A stretch of DNA of 64,000 nt from the human T2T-CHM13v2.0 reference genome, Homo sapiens: NCBI RefSeq assembly GCF_009914755.1, contig NC_060942.1; one strand, 5' to 3'. The position numbers and the translations under genes were made by a program. The notes beneath the pieces are model-generated. The model had not been told where the DNA came from and made no database searches. It worked only from the letters and a program-made list of their open reading frames with translations. Of this stretch, positions 53,735 to 64,000 are shown one piece after another; the first letter of the stretch is position 1, and each line of letters opens with the position of its first letter.

Positions 53735-56700
53735 CATTCTCAGAAACTTACTCGTGATGTGTGTCCTCAACTAAAGGAGTAGAACCTTTCTTTTCATAGA
53801 GAAGTTTTGAAACGCTCTTTTTGTGGAATCTGCAAGTGGATATTTGGCTAGTTTTGAGGATTTCGTTGGAAGCGGGAATTCATACAAATTGCAGACTGCA
53901 GCGTTCTGAGAAACATCTTTGTGATGTTTGTATTCAGGACACAGAGTTGAACATTCCCTATCATAGAGCAGGTTTGAATCACTCCTTTTGTAGTATCTGG
54001 AAGTGGACATTTGGAGCGCTTTCAGGCCTATGTTGGAAAAGGAAATATCTTCCCATAACAACTAGACAGAAGCATTCTCAGAAACTTATTTGAGATGTGT
54101 GTACTCAAGTAAGAGAATTGAACCACCGTTTTGAAGGAGCAGTTTTGAAACACTCTTTTTCTGGAATCTGCAAGTGGATATTTGGCTAGCTTTGGGGATT
54201 TCGCTGGAAGCGGGAATACATATAAAAAGCATACAGCAGCGTTCTGAGAAACTGCTTTCTGATGTTTGCATTCAAGTCAAAAGTTGAACACTCCCTTTCA
54301 TAGAGCAGTCCTGAAACACTCCTTTTGTAGTATCTGGAACTGGACTTTTGGAGCGCTTTCAGGGCTAAGGTGAAAAAGGAAATATCTTCCCATAAAAACT
54401 GGACAGAAGCATTCTCAGAAACTTGTTTATGCTGTATCTACTCTACTAACAAAGTTGAACCTTTCTTTTGATAGAGCAGTTTTGAAATGCTCTTTTTGTG
54501 GAATCTGCAAGTGGATATTTGGCTAGATTTGAGGATTTCGTTGGAAGCTGGAATTCATACAAATTGCAGACTGCAGCGTTCTGAGAAACATCTTTGTGAT
54601 GTTTGTATTCAGGACACAGAGTTGAACATTCCCTATCATAGAGCAGGTTGGAATCACTCCTTTTGTAGTATCTGGAAGTGGACATTTGGAGCGCTTTCAG
54701 GCCTATGTTGAAAAAGGAAATATCTTCCCATAACAACTAGACACAAGCATTCTCAGAAACTTGTTTGTGATGTGTGCCCTCTACTGACAGAGTTGAACCT
54801 TTCTTTTCATAGAGCAGTTTTGAAACACTCTTTTTGTAGAATCTGCAAGAGGATATTTGCATAGCTTTGAGGATTTCGTGGGAAACGGGATTGTCTTCAG
54901 GTAAAATCTAGACAGAAGCATTCTCAGAAACTTCTTTGGGATGTTTGCATTCAAGTCACAGAGTAGAACATTCCCTTTGGTAGAGCAGGTTTGCAACACT
55001 CTTTTTGTAGTATCTGGAAGTGGACATTTGGAGCGCTTTCAGGCCTATGTTGGAAAGGTAAATATCTTCCAGTAACAACTAGGCAGAAGCATTCTCAGAA
55101 ACTTATTTGAGATGTGTGTACTCAACTAAGAGAATTGAACCACCGTTTTGAAGGAGCAGTTTTGAAACACTCTTTTTCTGGAATCTGCAAGAGTATATTT
55201 GCCTAGCCTTGAGGATTTCGTTGGAAACGGGATTGTATTCAGATAAAATCTAGACAGAAGCATTCTCAGAAACTTCTTTGGGATGTTTGTATTCAAGTCA
55301 CAGAGTAGAACATTCCCTTTGGTAGAGCAGGTTTGAAACACTCTTTTTTTAGTATATGGAAGTGGACATTTTGATCGCTTTCAGGCCTACGTTGGAAAGG
55401 GAAATATCTTCCCATAACAACTAGACAGAAGCATTCTCAGAAACTAGTTTCTGATGTGTGTCCTCAACTAACACAGTTGAACATTTCTATAGACAGAACA
55501 GTTTTGAAACACTCTTTTTGTGGAATCTGCAAGTGGCTATTTGGCTAGATTTGAGGATTTCGTTGGAAACGGGATTACATATAAAAAGCAGTCAGCAGCA
55601 TTCTCAGAAAGTTCTTTGTGATGATTGCATTCAAGTCACAGAATTGAACATTCCCTTTCACAGAGCAGGTTTGAAACACTCTTTTTGTAGTGTGTGTAAG
55701 TGGACATTTGGAACCCTTACCGGCCTAAGGTGAAAAAGGAAATATCTTCCCATAAAAACTAGACAGAAGCATTCTCAGAAACTTACTCGTGATGTGTGTC
55801 CTCAACTAAAGGAGTAGAACCTTTCTTTTCATAGAGAAGTTTTGAAACGCTCTTTTTGTGGAATCTGCAAGTGGATATTTGGCTAGTTTTGAGGATTTCG
55901 TTGGAAGCGGGAATTCATACAAATTGCAGACTGCAGCGTTCTGAGAAACATCTTTGTGATGTTTGTATTCAGGACACAGAGTTGAACATTCCCTATCATA
56001 GAGCAGGTTTGAATCACTCCTTTTGTAGTATCTGGAAGTGGACATTTGGAGCGCTTTCAGGCTTATGTTGGAAAAGGAAATATCTTCCCATAACAACTAG
56101 ACAGAAGCATTCTCAGAAACTTATTTGAGATGTGTGTACTCAACTAAGAGAATTGAACCACCGTTTTGAAGGAGCAGTTTTGAAACACTCTTTTTCTGGA
56201 ATCTGCAAGTGGATATTTGGCTAGCTTTTGGGATTTCGCTGGAAGCGGGAATACATCTAAAAAGCACACAGCAGCGTTCTGAGAAACTGCTTTCTGATGT
56301 TTGCATTCAAGTCAAAAGTTGAACACTCCCTTTCATAGAGGAGTCCTGAAACACTCCTTTTGTAGTATCTGGAACTGGACTTTTGGAGCGCTTTCAGGGC
56401 TAAGGTGAAAAAGGAAATATCTTCCCATAAAAACTGGACAGAAGCATTCTCAGAAACTTGTTTATGCTGTATCTACTCTACTAACAAAGTTGAACCTTTC
56501 TTTTGATAGAGCAGTTTTGAAATGCTCTTTTTGTGGAATCTGCAAGTGGATATTTGGCTAGATTTGAGGATTTCGTTGGAAGCTGGAATTCATACAAATT
56601 GCAGACTGCAGCGTTCTGAGAAACATCTTTGTGATGTTTGTATTCAGGACACAGAGTTGAACATTCCCTATCATAGAACAGGTTGTAATCACTCCTTTTG

Positions 56701-57803
56701 TAGTATCTGGAAGTGGACATTTGGAACGCTTTCAGGCCTATGTTGAAAAAGGAAATATCTTCCCATAACAACTAGACACAAGCATTCTCAGAAACTTGTT
56801 TGTGATGTGTGCCCTCTAGTGACAGAGTTGAACCTTTCTTTTCATAGAGCAGTTTTGAAACACTCTTTTTGTAGAATCTGCAAGAGGATATTTGCATAGC
56901 TTTGAGGATTTCGTGGGAAACGGGATTGTCTTCAGGTAAAATCTAGACAGAAGCATTCTCAGAAACTTCTTCGGGATGTTTGCATTCAAGTCACAGAGTA
57001 GAACATTACCTTTGGTAGAGCAGGTTTCAAACACTCTTTTTGTAGTATCTGGAAGTGGACATTTGGAGCGCTTTCAGGCCTATGTTGGAAAGGGAAATAT
57101 CTTCCCGTAACAACTAGGCAGAAGCATTCTCAGAAACTTATTTGAGATGTGTGTACTCAACTAAGAGAATTGAACCACCGTTTTGAAGGAGCAGTTTGGA
57201 ACACTCTTTTTCTGGAATCTGCAAGAGGATATTTGCCTAGCCTTGAGGATTTCGTTGGAAACGGGATTGTCTTCAGATCAAATCTAGACAGACGCATTCT
57301 CAGAAACTTCTTTGGGATGTTTGCATTCAAGTCACAGAGTAGAACATTCCCTTTGGTAGAGCAGGTTTGAAACACTCTTTTTTTAGTATATGGAAGTGGA
57401 CATTTGGAGCGCTTTCAGGCCTACTTTGGAAAAGGAAATATCTTCCCATAACAACTAGACAGAAGCATTCTCAGAAACTAGTTTCTGATGTGTGTCCTCA
57501 ACTAACACAGTTGAACATTTCTTTAGACAGAACAGTTTTGAAACACTCTTTTTGTGGAATCTGCAAGTGGCTATTTGGCTAGATTTGAGGATTTCGTTGG
57601 AAACGGGATTACATATAAAAAGCAGACAGCAGCATTCTCAGAAAGTTCTTTGTGATGATTGCATTCAAGTCACAGAATTGAACATTCCCTTTCACAGAGC
57701 AGGTTTGAAACACTCTTTTTGTAGTGTGTGTAAGTGGACATTTGGAGCACTTTCCGGCCTAAGGTGAAAAAGGAAATATCTTCCCTTAAAAACTAGACAG
57801 AAG
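53735..57803 (+). repeat. Two diverged 12-mer HORs (2035 and 2034 bp)
   Basis: Unit starts at 53735 and 55770; a 1-bp deletion (GCAGTTTGGAACAC) lies near 57198. Confidence 0.93.
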
Positions 57804-59505
57804 CATTCTCAGAAACTTACTCGTGATGTGTGTCCTCAACTAAAGGAGTAGAACCTTTCTTTTCATAGAGAAGTTTTGAAACGCTCTTTTTGTGGAATCT
57901 GCAAGTGGATATTTGGCTAGTTTTGAGGATTTCGTTGGAAGCGGGAATTCATACAAATTGCAGACTGCAGCGTTCTGAGAAACATCTTTGTGATGTTTGT
58001 ATTCAGGACAGAGAGTTGAACATTCCCTATCATAGACCAGGTTGGAATCCCTCCTTTTGTAGTATCTGGAAGTGGACATTTGGAACGCTTTCAGGCCTAT
58101 GTTGGAAAAGGAAATATCTTCCCATAACAACTAGACACAAGCATTCTCAGAAACTTGTTTGTGATGTGTGCCCTCTACTGACAGAGTTGAACCTTTCTTT
58201 TCATAGAGCAGTTTTGAAACACTCTTTTTGTAGAATCTGCAAGAGGATATTTGCATAGCTTTGAGGATTTCGTGGGAAACGGGATTGTCTTCAGGAAAAA
58301 TCTAGACAGAAGCATTCTCAGAAACTTCTTTGGGATGTTTGCATTCAAGTCACAGAATAGAACATTCCCTTTGGTAGAGCAGGTTTCAAACACTCTTTTT
58401 GTAGTATCTGGAAGTGGACATTTGGAGCGCTTTCAGGCCTATGTTGGAAAGGGAAATATCTTCCCGTAACAACTAGGCAGAAGCATTCTCAGAAACTTAT
58501 TTGAGATGTGTGTACTCAACTAAGAGAATTGAACCACCGTTTTGAAGGACCAGTTTTGAAACACACTTTTTCTGGAATCTGCTAGAGGATATTTGCCTAG
58601 CTTTGAGGATTTCGTTGGAAACGGGATTGTCTTCAGATAAAATCTAGACAGAAGCATTCTCAGAAACTTCTTTGGGATGTTTGCATTCAAGTCACAGAGT
58701 AGAACATTCCCTTTGGTAGAGCAGGTTTGAAACACTCTTTTTGTAGTATCTGGAAGTGGACATTTGGAGCGCTTTCAGGCCCATGTTGGAAAGGGAAATA
58801 TCTTCCCGTAACAACTAGGCAGAAGCATTCTCAGAAACTTATTTGAGATGTGTGTACTCAACTAAGAGAATTGAACCACCCTTTTGAAGGAGCAGTTTTG
58901 AAACACTCTTTTTCTGGAATCTGCAAGAGGATATTTGCCTAGCCTTGAGGATTTCGTTGGAAACGGGATTGTCTTCAGATCAAATCTAGACAGAAGCATT
59001 CTCAGAAACTTCTTTGGGATGTTTGCATTCAAGTCACAGAGTAGAACATTCCCTTTGGTAGAGCAGGTTTGAAACACTCTTTTTTTAGTATATGGAAGTG
59101 GACATTGGGAGCGCTTTCAGGCCTACGTTGGAAAAGGAAATATCTTCCCATAACAACTAGACAGAAGCATTCTCAGAAACTAGTTTCTGATGTGTGTCCT
59201 CAACTAACACAGTTGAACATTTCTTTAGACAGAACAGTTTTGAAACACTCTTTTTGTGGAATCTGCAAGTGGCTATTTTGCTAGATTTGAGGATTTCGTT
59301 GGAAACGGGATTACATATAAAAAACAGACAGCAGCATTCTCAGAAAGTTCTTTGTGATGATTGCATTCAAGTCACAGAATTGAACATTCCCTTTCACAGA
59401 GCAGGTTTGAAACACTCTTTTTGTAGTGTGTGTAAGTGGACATTTGGAGCACTTTCCGGCCTAAGGTGAAAAAGGAAATATCTTCCCATAAAAACTAGAC
59501 AGAAG
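57804..59505 (+). repeat. 10-mer HOR variant (1702 bp): 675-bp skip plus an extra 342-bp dimer
   Basis: Monomer starts at 57804, 57971, 58142, 58313, 58484, 58655, 58826, 58997, 59168 and 59335; order m1, m2/6, m7, m8, m9', m10/8, m9, m10, m11, m12. Confidence 0.92.
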
Positions 59506-62500
59506 CATTCTCAGAAACTTACTCGTGATGTGTGTCCTCAACTAAAGGAGTAGAACCTTTCTTTTCATAGAGAAGTTTTGAAACGCTCTTTTTGTGGAAT
59601 CTGCAAGTGGATATTTGGCTAGTTTTGAAGATTTCGTTGGAAGCGGGAATTCATACAAATTGCAGACTGCAGCGTTCTGAGAAACATCTTTGTGATGTTT
59701 GTATTCAGGACACAGAGTTGAACATTCCCTATCATAGAGCAGGTTTGAATCACTCCTTTTGTAGTATCTGGAAGTGGACATTTGGAGCACTTTCAGGCCT
59801 ATGTTGGAAAAGGAAATATCTTCCCATAACAACTAGACAGAAGCATTCTCAGAAACTTATTTGAGATGTGTGTACTCAACTAAGAGAATTGAACCACCGT
59901 TTTGAAGGAGCAGTTTTGAAACACTCTTTTTCTGGAATCTGCAAGTGGATATTTGGCTAGCTTTGGGGATTTCGCTGGAAGCGGGAATACATATAAAAAG
60001 CACACAGCAGCGTTCTGAGAAACTGCTTTCTGATGTTTGCATTCAAGTCAAAAGTTGAACACTCCCTTTCATAGAGCAGTCCTGAAACACTCCTTTTGTA
60101 GTATCTGGAACTGGACTTTTGGAGCGCTTTCAGGGCTAAGGTGAAAAAGGAAATATCTTCCCATAAAAACTGGACAGAAGCATTCTCAGAAACTTGTTTA
60201 TGCTGTATCTACTCTACTAACAAAGTTGAACCTTTCTTTTGATAGAGCAGTTTTGAAATGCTCTTTTTGTGGAATCTGCAAGTGGATATTTGGCTAGATT
60301 TGAGGATTTCGTTGGAAGCTGGAATTCATACAAATTGCAGACTGCAGCGTTCTGAGAAACATCTTTGTGATGTTTGTATTCAGGACACAGAGTTGAACAT
60401 TCCCTATCATAGAGCAGGTTGGAATCACTCCTTTTGTAGTATCTGGAAGTGGACATTTGGAGCGCTTTCAGGCCTATGTTGAAAAAGGAAATATCTTCCC
60501 ATAACAACTAGACACAAGCATTCTCAGAAACTTGTTTGTGATGTGTGCCCTCTACTGACAGAGTTGAACCTTTCTTTTCATAGAGCAGTTTTGAAACACT
60601 CTTTTTGTAGAATCTGCAAGAGGATATTTGCATAGCTTTGAGGATTTCGTGGGAAACGGGATTGTCTTCAGGTAAAATCTAGACAGAAGCATTCTCAGAA
60701 ACTTCTTTGGGATGTTTGCATTCAAGTCACAGAGTAGAACATTCCCTTTGGTAGAGCAGGTTTGCAACACTCTTTTTGTAGTATCTGGAAGTGGACATTT
60801 GGAGCGCTTTCAGGCCTATGTTGGAAAGGGAAATATCTTCCAGTAACAACTAGGCAGAAGCATTCTCAGAAACTTATTTGAGATGTGTGTACTCAACTAA
60901 GAGAATTGAACCACCGTTTTGAAGGAGCAGTTTTGAAACACTCTTTTTCTGGAATCTGCAAGAGTATATTTGCCTAGCCTTGAGGATTTCGTTGGAAACG
61001 GGATTGTATTCAGATAAAATCTAGACAGAAGCATTCTCAGAAACTTCTTTGGGATGTTTGTATTCAAGTCACAGAGTAGAACATTCCCTTTGGTAGAGCA
61101 GGTTTGAAACACTCTTTTTTTAGTATATGGAAGTGGACATTTTGATCGCTTTCAGGCCTACGTTGGAAAGGGAAATATCTTCCCATAACAACTAGACAGA
61201 AGCATTCTCAGAAACTAGTTTCTGATGTGTGTCCTCAACTAACACAGTTGAACATTTCTATAGACAGAACAGTTTTGAAACACTCTTTTTGTGGAATCTG
61301 CAAGTGGCTATTTGGCTAGATTTGAGGATTTCGTTGGAAACGGGATTACATATAAAAAGCAGTCAGCAGCATTCTCAGAAAGTTCTTTGTGATGATTGCA
61401 TTCAAGTCACAGAATTGAACATTCCCTTTCACAGAGCAGGTTTGAAACACTCTTTTTGTAGTGTGTGTAAGTGGACATTTGGAACCCTTACCGGCCTAAG
61501 GTGAAAAAGGAAATATCTTCCCATAAAAACTAGACAGAAGCATTCTCAGAAACTTACTCGTGATGTGTGTCCTCAACTAAAGGAGTAGAACCTTTCTTTT
61601 CATAGAGAAGTTTTGAAACGCTCTTTTTGTGGAATCTGCAAGTGGATATTTGGCTAGTTTTGAGGATTTCGTTGGAAGCGGGAATTCATACAAATTGCAG
61701 ACTGCAGCGTTCTGAGAAACATCTTTGTGATGTTTGTATTCAGGACACAGAGTTGAACATTCCCTATCATAGAGCAGGTTTGAATCACTCCTTTTGTAGT
61801 ATCTGGAAGTGGACATTTGGAGCGCTTTCAGGCTTATGTTGGAAAAGGAAATATCTTCCCATAACAACTAGACAGAAGCATTCTCAGAAACTTATTTGAG
61901 ATGTGTGTACTCAACTAAGAGAATTGAACCACTGTTTTGAAGGAGCAGTTTTGAAACACTCTTTTTCTGGAATCTGCAAGTGGATATTTGGCTAGCTTTT
62001 GGGATTTCGCTGGAAGCGGGAATACATCTAAAAAGCACACAGCAGCGTTCTGAGAAACTGCTTTCTGATGTTTGCATTCAAGTCAAAAGTTGAACACTCC
62101 CTTTCATAGAGCAGTCCTGAAACACTCCTTTTGTAGTATCTGGAACTGGACTTTTGGAGCGCTTTCAGGGCTAAGGTGAAAAAGGAAATATCTTCCCATA
62201 AAAACTGGACAGAAGCATTCTCAGAAACTTGTTTATGCTGTATCTACTCTACTAACAAAGTTGAACCTTTCTTTTGATAGAGCAGTTTTGAAATGCTCTT
62301 TTTGTGGAATCTGCAAGTGGATATTTGGCTAGATTTGAGGATTTCGTTGGAAGCTGGAATTCATACAAATTGCAGACTGCAGCGTTCTGAGAAACATCTT
62401 TGTGATGTTTGTATTCAGGACACAGAGTTGAACATTCCCTATCATAGAACAGGTTGTAATCACTCCTTTTGTAGTATCTGGAAGTGGACATTTGGAGCGC

Positions 62501-64000
62501 TTTCAGGCCTATGTTGAAAAAGGATATATCTTCCCATAACAACTAGACACAAGCATTCTCAGAAACTTGTTTGTGATGTGTGCCCTCTACTGACAGAGTT
62601 GAACCTTTCTTTTCATAGAGCAGTTTTGAAACACTCTTTTTGTAGAATCTGCAAGAGGATATTTGCATAGCTTTGAGGATTTCGTGGGAAACGGGATTGT
62701 CTTCAGGTAAAATCTAGACAGAAGCATTCTCAGAAACTTCTTCGGGATGTTTGCATTCAAGTCACAGAGTAGAACATTACCTTTGGTAGAGCAGGTTTCA
62801 AACACTCTTTTTGTAGTATCTGGAAGTGGACATTTGGAGCGCTTTCAGGCCTATGTTGGAAAGGGAAATATCTTCCCGTAACAACTAGGCAGAAGCATTC
62901 TCAGAAACTTATTTGAGATGTGTGTACTCAACTAAGAGAATTGAACCACCGTTTTGAAGGAGCAGTTTTGAAACACTCTTTTTCTGGAATCTGCAAGAGG
63001 ATATTTGCCTAGCCTTGAGGATTTCGTTGGAAACGGGATTGTCTTCAGATCAAATCTAGACAGACACATTCTCAGAAACTTCTTTGGGATGTTTGCATTC
63101 AAGTCACAGAGTAGAACATTCCCTTTGGTAGAGCAGGTTTGAAACACTCTTTTTTTAGTATATGGAAGTGGACATTTGGAGCGCTTTCAGGCCTACTTTG
63201 GAAAAGGAAATATCTTCCCATAACAACTAGACAGAAGCATTCTCAGAAACTAGTTTCTGATGTGTGTCCTCAACTAACACAGTTGAACATTTCTTTAGAC
63301 AGAACAGTTTTGAAACACTCTTTTTGTGGAATCTGCAAGTGGCTATTTGGCTAGATTTGAGGATTTCGTTGGAAACGGGATTACATATAAAAAGCAGACA
63401 GCAGCATTCTCAGAAAGTTCTTTGTGATGATTGCATTCAAGTCACAGAATTGAACATTCCCTTTCACAGAGCAGGTTTGAAACACTCTTTTTGTAGTGTG
63501 TGTAAGTGGACATTTGGAGCACTTTCCGGCCTAAGGTGAAAAAGGAAATATCTTCCCTTAAAAACTAGACAGAAGCATTCTCAGAAACTTACTCGTGATG
63601 TGTGTCCTCAACTAAAGGAGTAGAACCTTTCTTTTCATAGAGAAGTTTTGAAACGCTCTTTTTGTGGAATCTGCAAGTGGATATTTGGCTAGTTTTGAGG
63701 ATTTCGTTGGAAGCGGGAATTCATACAAATTGCAGACTGCAGCGTTCTGAGAAACATCTTTGTGATGTTTGTATTCAGGACAGAGAGTTGAACATTCCCT
63801 ATCATAGACCAGGTTGGAATCCCTCCTTTTGTAGTATCTGGAAGTGGACATTTGGAACGCTTTCAGGCCTATGTTGGAAAAGGAAATATCTTCCCATAAC
63901 AACTAGACACAAGCATTCTCAGAAACTTGTTTGTGATGTGTGCCCTCTACTGACAGAGTTGAACCTTTGTTTTCATAGAGCAGTTTTGAAACACTCTTTT
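59506..64000 (+). repeat. Two diverged 12-mers (starts 59506 and 61541) and a truncated final unit with the 675-bp skip (start 63576)
   Basis: 2035-bp spacing of ORFs 59542, 61577 and 63612; in the last unit m7 begins at 63914, directly after the m2/6 hybrid. Confidence 0.92.

Larger units (their letters stand above)
1..64000. repeat. D18Z1: Alpha-satellite HOR array, dimeric (SF2-like) 12-mer, probably human chr18 centromeric D18Z1
   Basis: Monomers of about 171 bp begin CATTCTCAGAAA or CGTTCTGAGAAA throughout, CENP-B boxes fall in alternate monomers, and the ORF track repeats every 2035 bp (178, 2213, 4248...). EcoRI sites at 283, 958 and 2318 give 675- and 1360-bp fragments, matching the roughly 0.68/1.36 kb EcoRI units recalled for chr18 alphoid DNA. 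The alpha-satellite call is certain; the chromosome call is recall-based. Confidence 0.88.

Noticed and set aside
57804-59505. The 1.7-kb 10-mer as a different HOR family (e.g. D18Z2)
   Set aside because: Every monomer maps to a monomer of the surrounding 12-mer with only a few differences, so a size match alone is not evidence.
178-63902. Hundreds of 61-125 aa ORFs on both strands
   Set aside because: They recur with the HOR period, overlap each other, resemble no protein family I recognise, and are made or broken by random SNVs. They are satellite translation artefacts.
1-64000. CRISPR-like repeat/spacer appearance from the conserved CAGAAGCATTCTCAGAAAC every ~170 bp
   Set aside because: The intervening sequences are homologous monomer bodies, not unique spacers, and there are no cas genes.
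1-64000. Transposon insertions, inversions or hidden unique sequence
   Set aside because: Every spacing change is explained by whole monomers or 1-bp indels and the orientation never flips, leaving no room for foreign DNA.

Overview
The whole 64 kb window is one uninterrupted, single-orientation primate centromeric alpha-satellite higher-order-repeat (HOR) array. Monomers are 167-171 bp in an alternating dimer, with a CENP-B box in every second monomer, and they form a 2035-bp 12-monomer HOR (monomers m1-m12, numbered here from position 142). The 12-mer length, dimeric organisation and EcoRI spacing of 675/1360 bp best fit the human chromosome 18 array D18Z1; this assignment is from recall, not from a database search. 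There are no genes, transposons or inversions, and every listed ORF is a repeat artefact. I found no new gene system. The informative signal is the array's recombination history. Positions 142-44911 hold 22 near-identical 12-mers containing a nested 4070-bp super-repeat. A more heterogeneous zone follows, with 8-mer and 10-mer variants, 3394-bp and about 5771-bp tandem duplications, and a second HOR haplotype that lacks one CENP-B box.
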